DNA from: a virus
Virus record (IMG/VR): IMGVR_UViG_3300045988_173544
DNA length: 64,000 bases
Direction: 5' to 3' (one strand)
Below are positions 1 through 10,716 of this stretch, piece by piece (position 1 is the stretch's first letter; the number at the start of each line of letters is the position of its first letter). A model generated the notes under the pieces. That model saw only the letters and a list, made by a program, of their open reading frames with translations, did not search any database and was not told the DNA's origin. Both the position numbers and the translations under genes were made by a program.

Positions 1-272
1 TTCCCCTGTTATCTTCATTTTCGACATCTTCGTCCACACCTATCTTCTCTGCTATTTCTGCCAGTAATTCGCTGTTCATTTCTAAATTACATTTCGTACA
101 CGCAAGGAATGTTTCAAGGCTTGTGTTATCATCACCTATATGACCTTCCTTTATACCATTTTGTTTAAGGTAATATATATGATACTCTTATACACTTCCT
201 GTTGACCCAAAAGGTAGGCATACAGCATTTCCGGATTGTCTTTATGAGTACACATGAAGCAATCGCAGGACA

Positions 273-857
273 TTATAATTCCTCCGAATAGTCAAGAGCT
301 TCATTAATAGCTTCTTTCACCTTAGATACAGCGTCGTGGTTGAAAGGATATTCTTCAAGAATACTCCAAATACTTTCTTTACACTCCTGAATAGTACTTG
401 TTACAACATTTTTAGCATTCTCCATATCATCTAACACTTCTCTTATCTCCTTTTCTATACTTTTACAGTAATTATCTATCATAGTTAAGTCTTGCGCAGA
501 TAACCTATTAATTATATCTTCATCAAGCCCATAACGTGTTCCGTACAATTCTGAAAGAGTTAAACCATTTATTCCAAGGAAGTCTACACCATAATCTCCA
601 CCCTTATTATAAGGAAGGAATGAAAATCTGATGAAATCCTGCGCACGACTTCCAAGATTAAATGTTTCAAATATTAATGAATGCGTGTTCATTCTGTAAC
701 TGTTGATACGAACAACGTCATAAATTCGGTGATTAACTGTGTCGAAAATAAAGCGACATTCATAGTCTTGAGAATTTTTTGCTACCCTCACTGAGTGAAT
801 ATACCAAATTTTCTTCTCTTTCGTACTTATAGGTTCTCTATCTGTTATTACCGCCAC
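273..857 (-). CDS. hypothetical protein (194 aa; GTG start probable)
   Basis: ORF on - strand; TTGACA/TATACT promoter at ~880-925 upstream. Confidence 0.45.
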   Translation of the reverse strand: MAVITDREPISTKEKKIWYIHSVRVAKNSQDYECRFIFDTVNHRIYDVVRINSYRMNTHSLIFETFNLGSRAQDFIRFSFLPYNKGGDYGVDFLGINGLTLSELYGTRYGLDEDIINRLSAQDLTMIDNYCKSIEKEIREVLDDMENAKNVVTSTIQECKESIWSILEEYPFNHDAVSKVKEAINEALDYSEEL

Positions 858-921
858 AATTCATTGCCTATTATTATACCTGCAATTACAGTATAGCATA
901 TTATAAAGGATTTGTCAACTT

Positions 922-1128
922 TTAGTCGTCCTCTACTTCCATCTCAATCCCTATGAGATAGTACCGTGGAGTCATTCTGATACGTGTACCGCAATTTTCA
1001 CAAGTGAAGGTGGATAAATCCTCCTCATCATTCCATGGTATTTCGTAAACTTCTTTAAAAATACTAAAACCGCATTCAGGGCATTCGCCGGAATAGGTAT
1101 CCGAGTCTAGTTTCTTCATGTACGTCAT
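922..1128 (-). CDS. small zinc-ribbon protein (CPECG...CENCG)
   Basis: ORF; GGAGAG RBS before ATG at 1128; consensus promoter at ~1150-1185. Confidence 0.55.
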   Translation of the reverse strand: MTYMKKLDSDTYSGECPECGFSIFKEVYEIPWNDEEDLSTFTCENCGTRIRMTPRYYLIGIEMEVEDD

Positions 1129-1273
1129 CTTACACTCTCCTGCAATCAATTATAGTACAATCAATCAAAATTGTCAACTTAGCAATCAATATAAAAGAAA
1201 AGGCTAAGTGTTATCCTAGCCGACTTTTGCAGTTAATCAATAAAAGAGTATAAGTATAGATAATATATGTAAT

Positions 1274-1573
1274 TTATTTGTAGAAATAATATCTTACGTG
1301 ACTACAATCAATAAATTCCTCGCAAAGTTCTTTTGTGGGAGGATTTTTCCTAAGATACCTGCCGATTTCAAGATACCGCTGGAAAGTTCTGATTGTATCG
1401 GAGTCCACAGCTAAAAAGACATAATCAATAACGTTATAGGAATTGTATATCTTCTTATAAAATGCTCCATTCGGGATAGCCATTCGATAACGTCTTACTT
1501 TACGGGCGGAAGCTCTCTTCCCTCCTCTTATACGAAGCTTATACCCTGGGTGTTTCCTGTAGGAACGGGACAT
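1274..1573 (-). CDS. hypothetical basic protein (99 aa)
   Basis: ORF on - strand. Confidence 0.45.
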   Translation of the reverse strand: MSRSYRKHPGYKLRIRGGKRASARKVRRYRMAIPNGAFYKKIYNSYNVIDYVFLAVDSDTIRTFQRYLEIGRYLRKNPPTKELCEEFIDCSHVRYYFYK

Positions 1574-1635
1574 TTTATAACTCCACCTAATAATGTAAGT
1601 TAAATGTTAACTTTTGCGAAAAATATAATCAATTT

Positions 1636-2448
1636 TTACTTATTTTCGTTAATTTCTTTCAAAATTTCGTCAACTTCTTCAGAAGAAAGACTAAAAGATT
1701 GAGCAACACTCATGATAGCCATTTTGAATGCGTCCATATCTTCAATGTTATCTCTGTGCATGATTGTACCTATCGCACGTTGAAGAACTCTCTTACGTTC
1801 GTCCATTGAACCGGAGTTAATCACACATATCTCTAAGTCTTTCATTTTCTTGATATACTTCTCAAGTTCATACTTTATGTATTTCAAGGTGTTTTCATCA
1901 TGGCTGTACATGGCAACCACATGGTTATAATCAGTAGAGATAATAGGACGATGAGTTTCAAATTCAACATCGTCAACTTCAACTCCATCACCTTTCTCTG
2001 TGTGGGTTGTTTTAATCCATAGCTCTTCTGTATGCTCAACCATACCGCCAAAAGTATCTAGTAGCCAGTCCACAACACGTGGAAAATCTCTAAGAACATT
2101 ACATACTGCTAAACAAGGAGAATGTACCGCCTGATTTTCACCTATTGTGATAGTCGCAGGTAATTTCTCAACAGTAGTTTTGTTTGCACGAATTACTTTG
2201 TGTATCTTAGTTATTTCGTTAATTCCTGTTTGTGTTTCTGCCATTGTCTGTAACATACCTTGAGTTTTTGTAGGTCTTACAACGTTCATATTAACGCTGT
2301 TCACATATCTATTATAACACAAGTTTTTATTATTGTCAACCCTTTTGAAAGGATTTCCTACAACTCTTTCAAATATTTCACCTAAACGTGCTAGAAAGCC
2401 CGTAGATGAGTTTTCTGTTCTCTTGTTGTACTTCATTCTTCTCTTCAT
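1636..2448 (-). CDS. hypothetical protein (270 aa)
   Basis: long ORF on - strand, RBS-like GAGGAG upstream. Confidence 0.6.
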   Translation of the reverse strand: MKRRMKYNKRTENSSTGFLARLGEIFERVVGNPFKRVDNNKNLCYNRYVNSVNMNVVRPTKTQGMLQTMAETQTGINEITKIHKVIRANKTTVEKLPATITIGENQAVHSPCLAVCNVLRDFPRVVDWLLDTFGGMVEHTEELWIKTTHTEKGDGVEVDDVEFETHRPIISTDYNHVVAMYSHDENTLKYIKYELEKYIKKMKDLEICVINSGSMDERKRVLQRAIGTIMHRDNIEDMDAFKMAIMSVAQSFSLSSEEVDEILKEINENK

Positions 2449-2500
2449 AATCTCCTCTTGTTTGACCTATTAGAAGGCTCTCCTTAAAGATTTAATCACA

Positions 2501-2767
2501 CTACTGCTTGTAACCTTCCAATTGCTCTAATTCTTGTCCATTAAATGTATTTAATTTATTCCAGATTTCAGTAACTTTCTTCAAAGCTTCGTAACGTGTT
2601 TCTTCTCCGTAAACCTCGTAGCTTCCAAAGCTATCGTAGGTTGTTTTACAGCCTTCACCGCAATCCTGACATCTTGCGTAGCCTATATATCCACTACTCA
2701 TAAGGATTGCACTTGTTTTAATATTTGTGCTTCCGCACTTTTTACATGGTGTAAGTTTCTTAGGCAT
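2501..2767 (-). CDS. hypothetical Cys-rich (CxxC x2) protein, TAG stop
   Basis: ORF; metal-binding Cys pairs. Confidence 0.5.
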   Translation of the reverse strand: MPKKLTPCKKCGSTNIKTSAILMSSGYIGYARCQDCGEGCKTTYDSFGSYEVYGEETRYEALKKVTEIWNKLNTFNGQELEQLEGYKQ

Positions 2768-3158
2768 GTGTTCTCCTATCTAAAACTACGGTTTCCTTTT
2801 TCAGGAGTGGAGCGTCTTTATCACCTTTTAAGTATGAGTGGATATAGGTTTTACCCACAACATCTTCTCCGGAGATACCTTTTCCAATACTTTCAGGGTT
2901 ATGTAGATTTCTCCAGTGTCCTCTAACTATCCAAGAGAAAGAATATTCTATCTTACGTCCTGAATTAGTAATCCTTTGTACCTTTTTAGAGAGTTCATTA
3001 TCATTCCTTAATATTATGAACAGTGATTTAAAAGGGTATTTACTAACTTCTTTAGTTTTAGGATTTCGCATGTGTAGATATTTGTTACCTTTCGGTTTTT
3101 CAGAGTAACAGTTAAACATACGTTTTTTCCTGATTTTCCAAACAATTGAACACATCAA
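2760..3158 (-). CDS. hypothetical protein (start uncertain)
   Basis: ORF overlapping upstream gene end. Confidence 0.35.
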   Translation of the reverse strand: MMCSIVWKIRKKRMFNCYSEKPKGNKYLHMRNPKTKEVSKYPFKSLFIILRNDNELSKKVQRITNSGRKIEYSFSWIVRGHWRNLHNPESIGKGISGEDVVGKTYIHSYLKGDKDAPLLKKETVVLDRRTHA

Positions 3159-3786
3159 GAACTGAACCTACAGAAGTAGCTACATGTAATAAGTATGCGT
3201 ATTTGTTACTTTCCTCTATACTTTCTGCGGATGAATTGAAATCGGGGATTACGGAAGGTGATAATTTAGGGGTTAATTTTGTAATCCCCTCTAACTCATC
3301 ACACTCTACCTGTATAGCTAGCACATCTTTCATTTGAAAATTCGTCATAACTATACCTTGAATAATTATAGCTCTGTTTGAAAACGGTAGCACGAGAACA
3401 AATTCTGCTAATCCTCCACTTCTTTTTAACATTTTCGTATCCCTGTTTACTGTAACTATTACAAATACGGGGTGGTCAACACTCAGCACCTTATTGTCCT
3501 CTATTACCCATGATATTTCCTGTGTATTTAATGAACGTACTAATTTAGTAGGTTTGTTATTAAATGCTGTTGTGAAAACATTATTCAGGCGTATATTATT
3601 GTCGTTTAACTTCTGCGAAATACTAACTACCCTGTCTTTATGGCAATCAGCAATATTGTATATCCTAGCAGACATAAGATATTCCATAATATTATCATGA
3701 GAAATACCTTTTGTGTAAGACTTGATATTTTTCAAATAATATTTAACAAACTCGTTGAATATCTTATTACTAAGTTCTACGGACAT
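3112..3786 (-). CDS. hypothetical protein (224 aa)
   Basis: ORF; promoter 3823..3851 and AGGAGG RBS upstream. Confidence 0.6.
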   Translation of the reverse strand: MSVELSNKIFNEFVKYYLKNIKSYTKGISHDNIMEYLMSARIYNIADCHKDRVVSISQKLNDNNIRLNNVFTTAFNNKPTKLVRSLNTQEISWVIEDNKVLSVDHPVFVIVTVNRDTKMLKRSGGLAEFVLVLPFSNRAIIIQGIVMTNFQMKDVLAIQVECDELEGITKLTPKLSPSVIPDFNSSAESIEESNKYAYLLHVATSVGSVLDVFNCLENQEKTYV

Positions 3787-3822
3787 GTTCCGCCTCCTAT
3801 AGAATTAACTGCTTACATATCC

Positions 3823-3851
3823 ATTATAACACAAGTTATTAAGTTTGTCAA
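3823..3851 (-). promoter_or_regulatory. consensus sigma70 promoter (TTGACA-17-TATAAT) of the repeated early-promoter family
   Basis: on - strand: TTGACA (3846-3851) 17-nt spacer TATAAT (3823-3828). Confidence 0.7.
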
Positions 3852-4033
3852 CTTTTTTGAGGATACTCTGATTTACGTAACTTAATAAGATTGTCGTAAG
3901 ACTTCATTATAAGGTCTTTGAACTCTTTGTGCATATTAAGAACTTGTAATTCTTCTATGTAAAGTTGCAGGTAATTACCGTCCTCAAATAAAGACACCCC
4001 ATATTGTTGTTTAATTAATTTCTTCGTGGTCAT
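3848..4033 (-). CDS. hypothetical small protein (61 aa)
   Basis: ORF. Confidence 0.4.
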   Translation of the reverse strand: MTTKKLIKQQYGVSLFEDGNYLQLYIEELQVLNMHKEFKDLIMKSYDNLIKLRKSEYPQKS

Positions 4034-4436
4034 GCTCTGTATCCTCTATAGCACGCAGGAACACTTTGGTGCTTATAAAATAAGTATCTCCGTGAGAGGA
4101 TTTAAGTAATATAGGGGTAATTCTGCTTCCTACATTTAACCCTGTAACTTTAAATAACTCCCCATTAATAGTTAAACTCATGCCCCAGTGTTCTTTTTTT
4201 AATCCGTAATTAGCGCAGTATTTTTCCCACACTGCTTTACGTTCTTCTTGTATCTTGTCTTGAACAATAGGATTATTAATAATTGCCTGAATAGTGAAAG
4301 CCATTGAAACATTATTAAACTTAATCTTTCCTATCTTGAATTTTAGTCCGGCATTCGCACCTATTTGTTCTAATATATTCTCTAACTGATTTAAAAGCTG
4401 TTTTACGTTCGTATCATTAAACTTACTGTATATCAT
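4011..4436 (-). CDS. hypothetical protein (141 aa)
   Basis: ORF; promoter motif at ~4480. Confidence 0.55.
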   Translation of the reverse strand: MIYSKFNDTNVKQLLNQLENILEQIGANAGLKFKIGKIKFNNVSMAFTIQAIINNPIVQDKIQEERKAVWEKYCANYGLKKEHWGMSLTINGELFKVTGLNVGSRITPILLKSSHGDTYFISTKVFLRAIEDTEHDHEEIN

Positions 4437-4688
4437 AACTTTCCCTTCTCCTTTATTCCAGTATATAATAAAATAGAAAGTTTGTCAACTTTCATGCGCT
4501 TTTAAGGGCAACAAAAAACCACCGCTACTCTACTATGACTAAATAATTAAAGTATTTATTGCGATGGTTTCCTGTTGTTTGATAGATAAACACGGAAGGA
4601 CATTCCATGTTTTGTAAGCTTGAGATACGAACTTCTTACTTACATCTCTATTGTAACATATAAGTAGATTTTTGTCAACTGTTCTGTC

Positions 4689-4988
4689 TTATTTGTTGAA
4701 TTTCTGAACCGCAGACTCTCTGATAGCACGGAAATTTTCGATAAGCTCCTTGTTATCTTTTACGTATTCAGAGATTGCACGTTCAACGATTTCGTATTGA
4801 GGTCTGCCGAACAAATCTGAAAGAGTTTTTACACCTTCAATCTTGTCTTTAGAAATCTCCAATACAACACGAGTTCTACCTTCTGTTACTGCTGAACCTT
4901 TAGTTTTAGTAGCTTCTGCCGTTGAGGTGAGTTCTACTGTTTCTTCCACTGTTTTAGCTGTTTTAGCTGTTTTGCTTGCTTTTGTCAT
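4689..4988 (-). CDS. hypothetical protein; Lys/Thr-rich N-terminal tail plus C-terminal helix, possible RHH/ParG-like DNA binder
   Basis: ORF; AAAGGAGAAACAG RBS before ATG at 4988; promoter at ~5040. Confidence 0.5.
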   Translation of the reverse strand: MTKASKTAKTAKTVEETVELTSTAEATKTKGSAVTEGRTRVVLEISKDKIEGVKTLSDLFGRPQYEIVERAISEYVKDNKELIENFRAIRESAVQKFNK

Positions 4989-5200
4989 GTCTGTTTCTCC
5001 TTTAATTAAGTACATATTTATTATAGCACATTAACATGTTTTTGTCAACTGTTTTAAGTCATATATGTTAAGGAGTATTAAGATTTATTACTATTAGAAA
5101 GATATTTTAACCCAGATATAAGAAAAAGGCTATATTCAATGGGGAACTGAATAAAGCCTATTAAGAACGATTTTAGTTAAAAAATATTAGTTTTGGGAGT

Positions 5201-5416
5201 TTAGTTGTTGTTTAATAACTTTCTTGACTCTCCGAGCATTCTACGCACCTCTGTGTCAGAGAACTTCTGCATTGTAACTTTCCATGCTTCGTATTCTTTT
5301 AATCCTATACCTTCTGCTACTAACTTTTTCATGTTGTTATATAGCTCTCTTAACATATCATCTCTTGTCATGTGTTCGCTAACCTCTTTGTTTCGTTTGC
5401 TAAATAAGTATAACAT
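5201..5416 (-). CDS. hypothetical small protein (71 aa)
   Basis: ORF; promoter motif at ~5430. Confidence 0.5.
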   Translation of the reverse strand: MLYLFSKRNKEVSEHMTRDDMLRELYNNMKKLVAEGIGLKEYEAWKVTMQKFSDTEVRRMLGESRKLLNNN

Positions 5417-5443
5417 GAAAAATTCTGTTTGTCAACTTTACAA

Positions 5444-6115
5444 TCAATTTTTTGCTAAGATGTCGTCTATATCTGATTTTGAGAGTAAATCTGTCTTATA
5501 TTTATCTTTCAAATCAATATTATTTCGGACAAAATCTTCCATGCTCTTTGAAAAATATACAGGTAAATCATTCTTTAATGTTTCCGTAGCTTCTTCAAGA
5601 GCAAACTTAACCTCTTTTATCCAACAGATATACCATGTATTTTTGAACACTTGGTCAAAATCTTCATTGTTATCTATAACAAGAGATGTTTCTACTTCCA
5701 GAATTTTATCATCTGAATACAGGTAGTTAGAGCTTGTTTGAAAAAGTAATTCTTCCGGATTATCTAAATCTTCCTCGAAAAATTCTTTAGTCTTGTACAA
5801 AACAACTCTTATAGAAGATTTTGAGAGTAAGTGTATTCGTAGGCAATAGGATTTCTTCGTGATAGGAGCTTCCCAACTTATATAGAACTCCGGTTTTCTC
5901 TTATCAACCATTCTGGTCAACTCATCACCTACAGCCACGTATTCCCATGCGTCCCAGTTAAGCTTCAAGAGTTTTTTCGAGAACTTTAGAGCTTTGTCGT
6001 AAACTTCTTCACTGGTATATTTCTTGTACTTTGGAGTAGTTTCCATGTATTGAAAATCTCTATTAAGTACAAGGTTTATTGATTTCAAGTTACTTTTAGG
6101 GACTTCTAAAGTCAT
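5444..6115 (-). CDS. hypothetical protein (223 aa)
   Basis: ORF; conserved UTR AGGAGATACGAACA-ATG; promoter 6156..6184. Confidence 0.6.
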   Translation of the reverse strand: MTLEVPKSNLKSINLVLNRDFQYMETTPKYKKYTSEEVYDKALKFSKKLLKLNWDAWEYVAVGDELTRMVDKRKPEFYISWEAPITKKSYCLRIHLLSKSSIRVVLYKTKEFFEEDLDNPEELLFQTSSNYLYSDDKILEVETSLVIDNNEDFDQVFKNTWYICWIKEVKFALEEATETLKNDLPVYFSKSMEDFVRNNIDLKDKYKTDLLSKSDIDDILAKN

Positions 6116-6155
6116 TGTTCGTATCTCCTGTCTATCTTTAACTGCTTACATATTT

Positions 6156-6184
6156 ATTATAACACATGATAATAATTTTGTCAA
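6156..6184 (-). promoter_or_regulatory. consensus sigma70 promoter, early family
   Basis: TTGACA (6179-6184 on -) 17 nt TATAAT (6156-6161). Confidence 0.7.
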
Positions 6185-6880
6185 CTATTTTGAAGGCTTT
6201 TTAATTTTCTCCTGATAGGACGGTGTTTTCTTCACTGCTTCGTAATAGTTTTCTCTGTATTCTTTGTCGTTGTTTCGTCTTTCCTTACGTCTTTCCTTAC
6301 GTCTTGCTTCAATCTGCTTACGGAGTTCTTTATACCTATCAGTATTTTTATACTTCTCGTAATATTTCTTACGTGAACGTATCTTATTCTCCTCACGGCA
6401 TTCATCACAGCAAAAATATGTCCTAATTGCGGATTTAAACTTTTTACCGCACGCTTTACAAGTGTATTCCCTAGGCTCGCCAACAAGCTTTTTAGCTTTT
6501 TCAGCCCTCTTTGCTTTAGTAACCGTTTCATAATATTCTTTCTGGTACTCCTTCTTAGTTTTCTTAGGAGCTTTTTCCGGTTTTGGTTGAACCGGCGGTT
6601 TCCTATTAAAGATTATATCATTAAATCCGTCATATACAGGGTTGTCGTTTCGGAATGTTACGCTTACAAATCCGGTATCAACTGCTTTCCGTGCAACTGC
6701 TTCAAAATTCACCTCTATTTCATTATCTACCTGAACCGTTGATACTACTTTGTATTGTTTCCGATTAAACCTGAAAACATCTTTTCCTTCGTCATACTTC
6801 AAACCTTTAACATGGAATAGTAATAACGGTAATACTTTAGAAATATCTTGTGTTTCTGTTACTGTTGCCATTTGTTTCAC
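6185..6880 (-). CDS. hypothetical protein with extremely Lys/Arg-rich C-terminal half and Cys cluster (nucleic-acid binding likely)
   Basis: ORF composition. Confidence 0.55.
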   Translation of the reverse strand: MKQMATVTETQDISKVLPLLLFHVKGLKYDEGKDVFRFNRKQYKVVSTVQVDNEIEVNFEAVARKAVDTGFVSVTFRNDNPVYDGFNDIIFNRKPPVQPKPEKAPKKTKKEYQKEYYETVTKAKRAEKAKKLVGEPREYTCKACGKKFKSAIRTYFCCDECREENKIRSRKKYYEKYKNTDRYKELRKQIEARRKERRKERRNNDKEYRENYYEAVKKTPSYQEKIKKPSK

Positions 6881-6894
6881 CTCTTGTTTAACTG

Positions 6895-7869
6895 TTAGTC
6901 TTTTTCGTAATATATTACATGAGTGCTATCTAAGGCTAGGTAATAATGTCCATTTCCGCACCCAACGTATTCCTCTGAATACCACGCTTTATTTTTCTCT
7001 GCGTCATATTCAAAGCTTACATCATAGCCATTTGACCCTTTACATTGGTAGCTAGTCTTATTCTTCAATGCTTCTGCTATGTTTTGTCTGATATGTTCAG
7101 TTTTAGCATTATCCCAACGACTTTTATGAAAAATCATGGTTTTAATCTTAGCTTTATTTATCCACTCAAAATCTCTCGTAAAGCTGTCTACAGAAAATAC
7201 GGGGGTATTGTAAAAAGCTGTAGATACTTTTATATCTGCTTGAAGGTATCTTAAGGCGTTATCATCTACACGTACATAGAAGAACTCTTTAAGAAATTCG
7301 ATTGTTTCCTTGTCAACACCCTTTTCTTCAAGAATTTTAACTATTTCAGAGTAAACTTCAAGATTTTCTTCAATATCTTTATCTATATCTTTGCCCCCTC
7401 TACCAAAGGCAAAGTTATCATATAATTTTTTGACGTAGTCATATCCGAGAGCTTTATAGATAGTAACCTCTTTGTTGACATTATCCCATAATCCGCTTTC
7501 GTTAAGGTATTTAAGGATTTTCTCACAATCTTTATCAAAAACCACATTTTCAGGTATGCTCTTGGTAGTTAGAAGTTTTACACCTACAACTCTCTGGTTG
7601 TAGTCATTTAAAGGAAAACCCCTTCTACAACTTCCTTTTTTAAATCTGCAAGGAGTTCCATTAAGACTTACAAAAAGTCTGTATTGAGCAGTTTTATTAA
7701 CAACCTGCGCACCTATTTTGTTCGCCAGAATTACCTCATAGTAAAGGTTTCTGTCAGACTTGTATTCTTCTTTAGTTGCTGTAATAAAGTCTGCAAGAGC
7801 TTTATCCAACTTACTAATATCCTCTTTGAAAACATCTTTCGTTTCTGGTATGAAAATAACGTCTGTCAT
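6895..7869 (-). CDS. hypothetical protein (324 aa)
   Basis: ORF; promoter 7908..7936. Confidence 0.6.
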   Translation of the reverse strand: MTDVIFIPETKDVFKEDISKLDKALADFITATKEEYKSDRNLYYEVILANKIGAQVVNKTAQYRLFVSLNGTPCRFKKGSCRRGFPLNDYNQRVVGVKLLTTKSIPENVVFDKDCEKILKYLNESGLWDNVNKEVTIYKALGYDYVKKLYDNFAFGRGGKDIDKDIEENLEVYSEIVKILEEKGVDKETIEFLKEFFYVRVDDNALRYLQADIKVSTAFYNTPVFSVDSFTRDFEWINKAKIKTMIFHKSRWDNAKTEHIRQNIAEALKNKTSYQCKGSNGYDVSFEYDAEKNKAWYSEEYVGCGNGHYYLALDSTHVIYYEKD

Positions 7870-7907
7870 TGTTCGTATCTCCTGTTATGTTATCTATCTA
7901 TATCTCT

Positions 7908-7936
7908 ATTATAACACATGATAAGAAAAATGTCAA
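7908..7936 (-). promoter_or_regulatory. consensus sigma70 promoter whose -35 lies inside a 9-bp-arm inverted repeat (7929-7953)
   Basis: TTGACA/TATAAT 17-nt spacing; the IR followed by a T-run doubles as terminator of the upstream gene. Confidence 0.65.
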
Positions 7937-7965
7937 CTATTTTAGTTGACATTTAGTTACAAAAG

Positions 7966-8568
7966 TTAACAATATTGGAGAGTTTTTCGGGGTTTTAAAA
8001 CTTGGTTTAGCTTAGATTTCTTAGCTTTTCTAACATATTGTAAGAACTCATATCTAAGCTCTTTTTCATTACTGTATAAAACTCTTGTAGGTAATATGTA
8101 TTTACGTTCCAGAAGGATTTTATCACCTTTAGAGATTACACATGTAGCTTCATCTCTTGCCTGTTTGAATGTGGTTTTAATTGTAACAAGCTTGTTGTAG
8201 TATTTGAAGGAAAATTCATACTTTGGCAATAATTGCTTAAACTGCTCTATTGTCAGGTCGAGGAGAATTGTTCTTCCGAACTTCTTACCTTCTTCATCTC
8301 TGAATAATACTCCGGCTCTTTTCGGTCTGCCGTCCTGCAAATCAATCTCATACAAATCAATTCTATATCTACCAATCATTTCACTTGATGAGATGTATTT
8401 ATTATTCAGTTCGATATATCTATCCAATCCCATTATAGGGCAATATTTACGAAAATTAAGTTCATACTTCTCTAAAGAGGTCATGAAATTTTCGAGAGTG
8501 AGGAGAAGATTTAACTCCTCCCCTCGTTCCCTATATGGGAGATACGTCTTGTAAGATTTTATAGTCAT
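7966..8568 (-). CDS. hypothetical protein (200 aa)
   Basis: ORF. Confidence 0.55.
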   Translation of the reverse strand: MTIKSYKTYLPYRERGEELNLLLTLENFMTSLEKYELNFRKYCPIMGLDRYIELNNKYISSSEMIGRYRIDLYEIDLQDGRPKRAGVLFRDEEGKKFGRTILLDLTIEQFKQLLPKYEFSFKYYNKLVTIKTTFKQARDEATCVISKGDKILLERKYILPTRVLYSNEKELRYEFLQYVRKAKKSKLNQVLKPRKTLQYC

Positions 8569-8576
8569 TTGTGTTA

Positions 8577-9065
8577 TTATCCTTCAAGTTTATTGATAAG
8601 TTCTACAAGGTCAGGTCTTAGGATTAAATCCCATTCTGCGTTAGCGTTGAAACATCTTCTGCCACTTCCGCATTCAAAGTCTACATAATCTTCACCTTTC
8701 ACACCCATGATTTCTTCGATTTTTTCACGGTCATCGTCTGAAAGAGCTTCGTATAATTCGTTTGTTTCGTATCTGTAACTGTCATCGTCGTATGGATAAT
8801 ACAGGTTGTTCATCTCGGCTTCGTCGCATGCGTCCTCCCACCAGTCGTCCAAACCAAGGGTAGTAGAACCGCTTGCAACTGCCCCCTTCCATAATTCTTC
8901 ATCTGCTTCTTTTTGACTGTCAATTTGTTCTTGTGTCAAAGTACGCATAGTGTGTCCAACAGCACCTTTAAAATTTTCACTATCCTCGAAAGTGTATTCA
9001 AGGATTGCTAATTCTCCGTCGATAACTCCGACGATTGCATTGTGCTTTGTTTCATTGTCTGCCAT
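8577..9065 (-). CDS. hypothetical acidic protein (162 aa)
   Basis: ORF; conserved UTR/RBS; promoter ~9125. Confidence 0.6.
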   Translation of the reverse strand: MADNETKHNAIVGVIDGELAILEYTFEDSENFKGAVGHTMRTLTQEQIDSQKEADEELWKGAVASGSTTLGLDDWWEDACDEAEMNNLYYPYDDDSYRYETNELYEALSDDDREKIEEIMGVKGEDYVDFECGSGRRCFNANAEWDLILRPDLVELINKLEG

Positions 9066-9247
9066 ATTCGTATCTCCTATATTATTTAACTGCTTACATA
9101 TTCATTATAACACATGAAAGAAAAAATGTCAACTGTTTTAGTCGACATTTTCTTAATATTTCTTAACACTTTTTTATGCTTCTAATATCTGCTCTAATTC
9201 TGCATTTACGCTTTTATATATTTCTTGTTCTTGTTTCTGCATGAACT

Positions 9248-10033
9248 CTATATCTTCCATGCGTATTTCAAAAGCATTAAGCCCTTTTTCCTTAACTTCT
9301 TCAAGGCTTTTAAGTGTTTTTTCATCAGGGTTAAAACAACCACCAATAGGGATAATTCCGTCCCCTCAAAAGAGCCTAAAAATACTCCTATAATGCCAAA
9401 AGGGTTATCGTTCAAGAATTTTCGTCTTTCCGCCGGTGTCTGTAATTTCTCAAATTCATCTAATTTATCCTCTGGAAAATTATCGTCTATAAACTTGAAT
9501 ACATCTTCTTGATTATCATGCTCTTTAATGATATTGTAATCCCCGAAAAATTTACTAAGAATTACAATCCCTTCAAAGAGTTCATCTAAATTAAGTATGT
9601 CTTGGTTAAAAGACATAGCTATCATCTGTTTGAAAAGAATTTTATACATGGAGCGTTTATTATGTACTCCGTCTGTAAACCCTTGGTTAATCATGGCGCA
9701 TACAGTTAAAGTTTGTGCTACTTCTCTAGGTAGTTCAAGAGTATTAGAAAATTCTCCTACTACGCCGTCAAACGCTATTATAGGAATTTCAATCATACGT
9801 CCAGATAGAGCATATTCACCACGTATTTTATAATATTCTCTTAACTTATCTGGAAAACTTTGTGTGTTCTTAATTGTTTCAGATGATAGCATATCCACTG
9901 CGCTTGCAAAAAGACTATCTCTTGCGCTTACACATCTTGCTACGAGGTCATTTTGCCCATTTGTTTCCGCTTTCCTGCGTTCTTTATCCGCCATAAGAGC
10001 GTCCGTAACTAAAAACACGCACTTTTTACACAC
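9248..10033 (-). CDS. hypothetical protein (261 aa)
   Basis: ORF. Confidence 0.5.
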   Translation of the reverse strand: MCKKCVFLVTDALMADKERRKAETNGQNDLVARCVSARDSLFASAVDMLSSETIKNTQSFPDKLREYYKIRGEYALSGRMIEIPIIAFDGVVGEFSNTLELPREVAQTLTVCAMINQGFTDGVHNKRSMYKILFKQMIAMSFNQDILNLDELFEGIVILSKFFGDYNIIKEHDNQEDVFKFIDDNFPEDKLDEFEKLQTPAERRKFLNDNPFGIIGVFLGSFEGTELSLLVVVLTLMKKHLKALKKLRKKGLMLLKYAWKI

Positions 10034-10218
10034 TCTTCAAAGCCATACCTAAATATTGATATAGGTATATCAACTGTTCCAAAAGGGTACTGTCTATCCA
10101 AATCGTACATTGTGTTAGGTTGTTCACTAAAATATCTCATGATTAAGTCAGTGCATAAAGGTACATACGGTGTTTCTATAAGTACCCCTTGTTGATTTTG
10201 TTGTTCATTTAAGTTCAT
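10009..10218 (-). CDS. hypothetical small protein
   Basis: ORF. Confidence 0.4.
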   Translation of the reverse strand: MNLNEQQNQQGVLIETPYVPLCTDLIMRYFSEQPNTMYDLDRQYPFGTVDIPISIFRYGFEECVKSACF

Positions 10219-10256
10219 CTAATTACCTCTTTATTGTTTATTATTCCCACACGTAT

Positions 10257-10631
10257 TTATAGGTTATATACACCTAGAGTTCTTAAACCGTCCTCTAACA
10301 TAGCTAAGTTATTTTTAGAGCCTGTTAGACTTATTGTCGCTGTTCTTTCACCTTTGTTTATAAAATGCAATAAATATTCACCCTTGGTTTTTGCCGGCTC
10401 TATAGACATTTCATCAACATTGTGTAGTATTACACTGTCAGTAAGGACATAGCATATATGACCGTCAACATTACCTGTAAGAGAGCGTGGATATTGGCAA
10501 ATAACTGCAATTCTATTGTAGTAGTAAAAATCATCTTTATCTACTTTAAAACCCTTGCGGTAATGTTTTTTAGCATATATTGTTAAACTTTTCGTCCCTT
10601 TATCGGAACGTTTTTCTGTATAGAAAGCCAT
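10257..10631 (-). CDS. hypothetical protein (124 aa)
   Basis: ORF. Confidence 0.5.
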   Translation of the reverse strand: MAFYTEKRSDKGTKSLTIYAKKHYRKGFKVDKDDFYYYNRIAVICQYPRSLTGNVDGHICYVLTDSVILHNVDEMSIEPAKTKGEYLLHFINKGERTATISLTGSKNNLAMLEDGLRTLGVYNL

Positions 10632-10716
10632 TTTTTCCCCTATAACCTCTTTGTTATCTGTACATTTTCAAACTGCGCAACAAAAGTTTTGTTGAGCTTC
10701 CAATTATTTATAAATC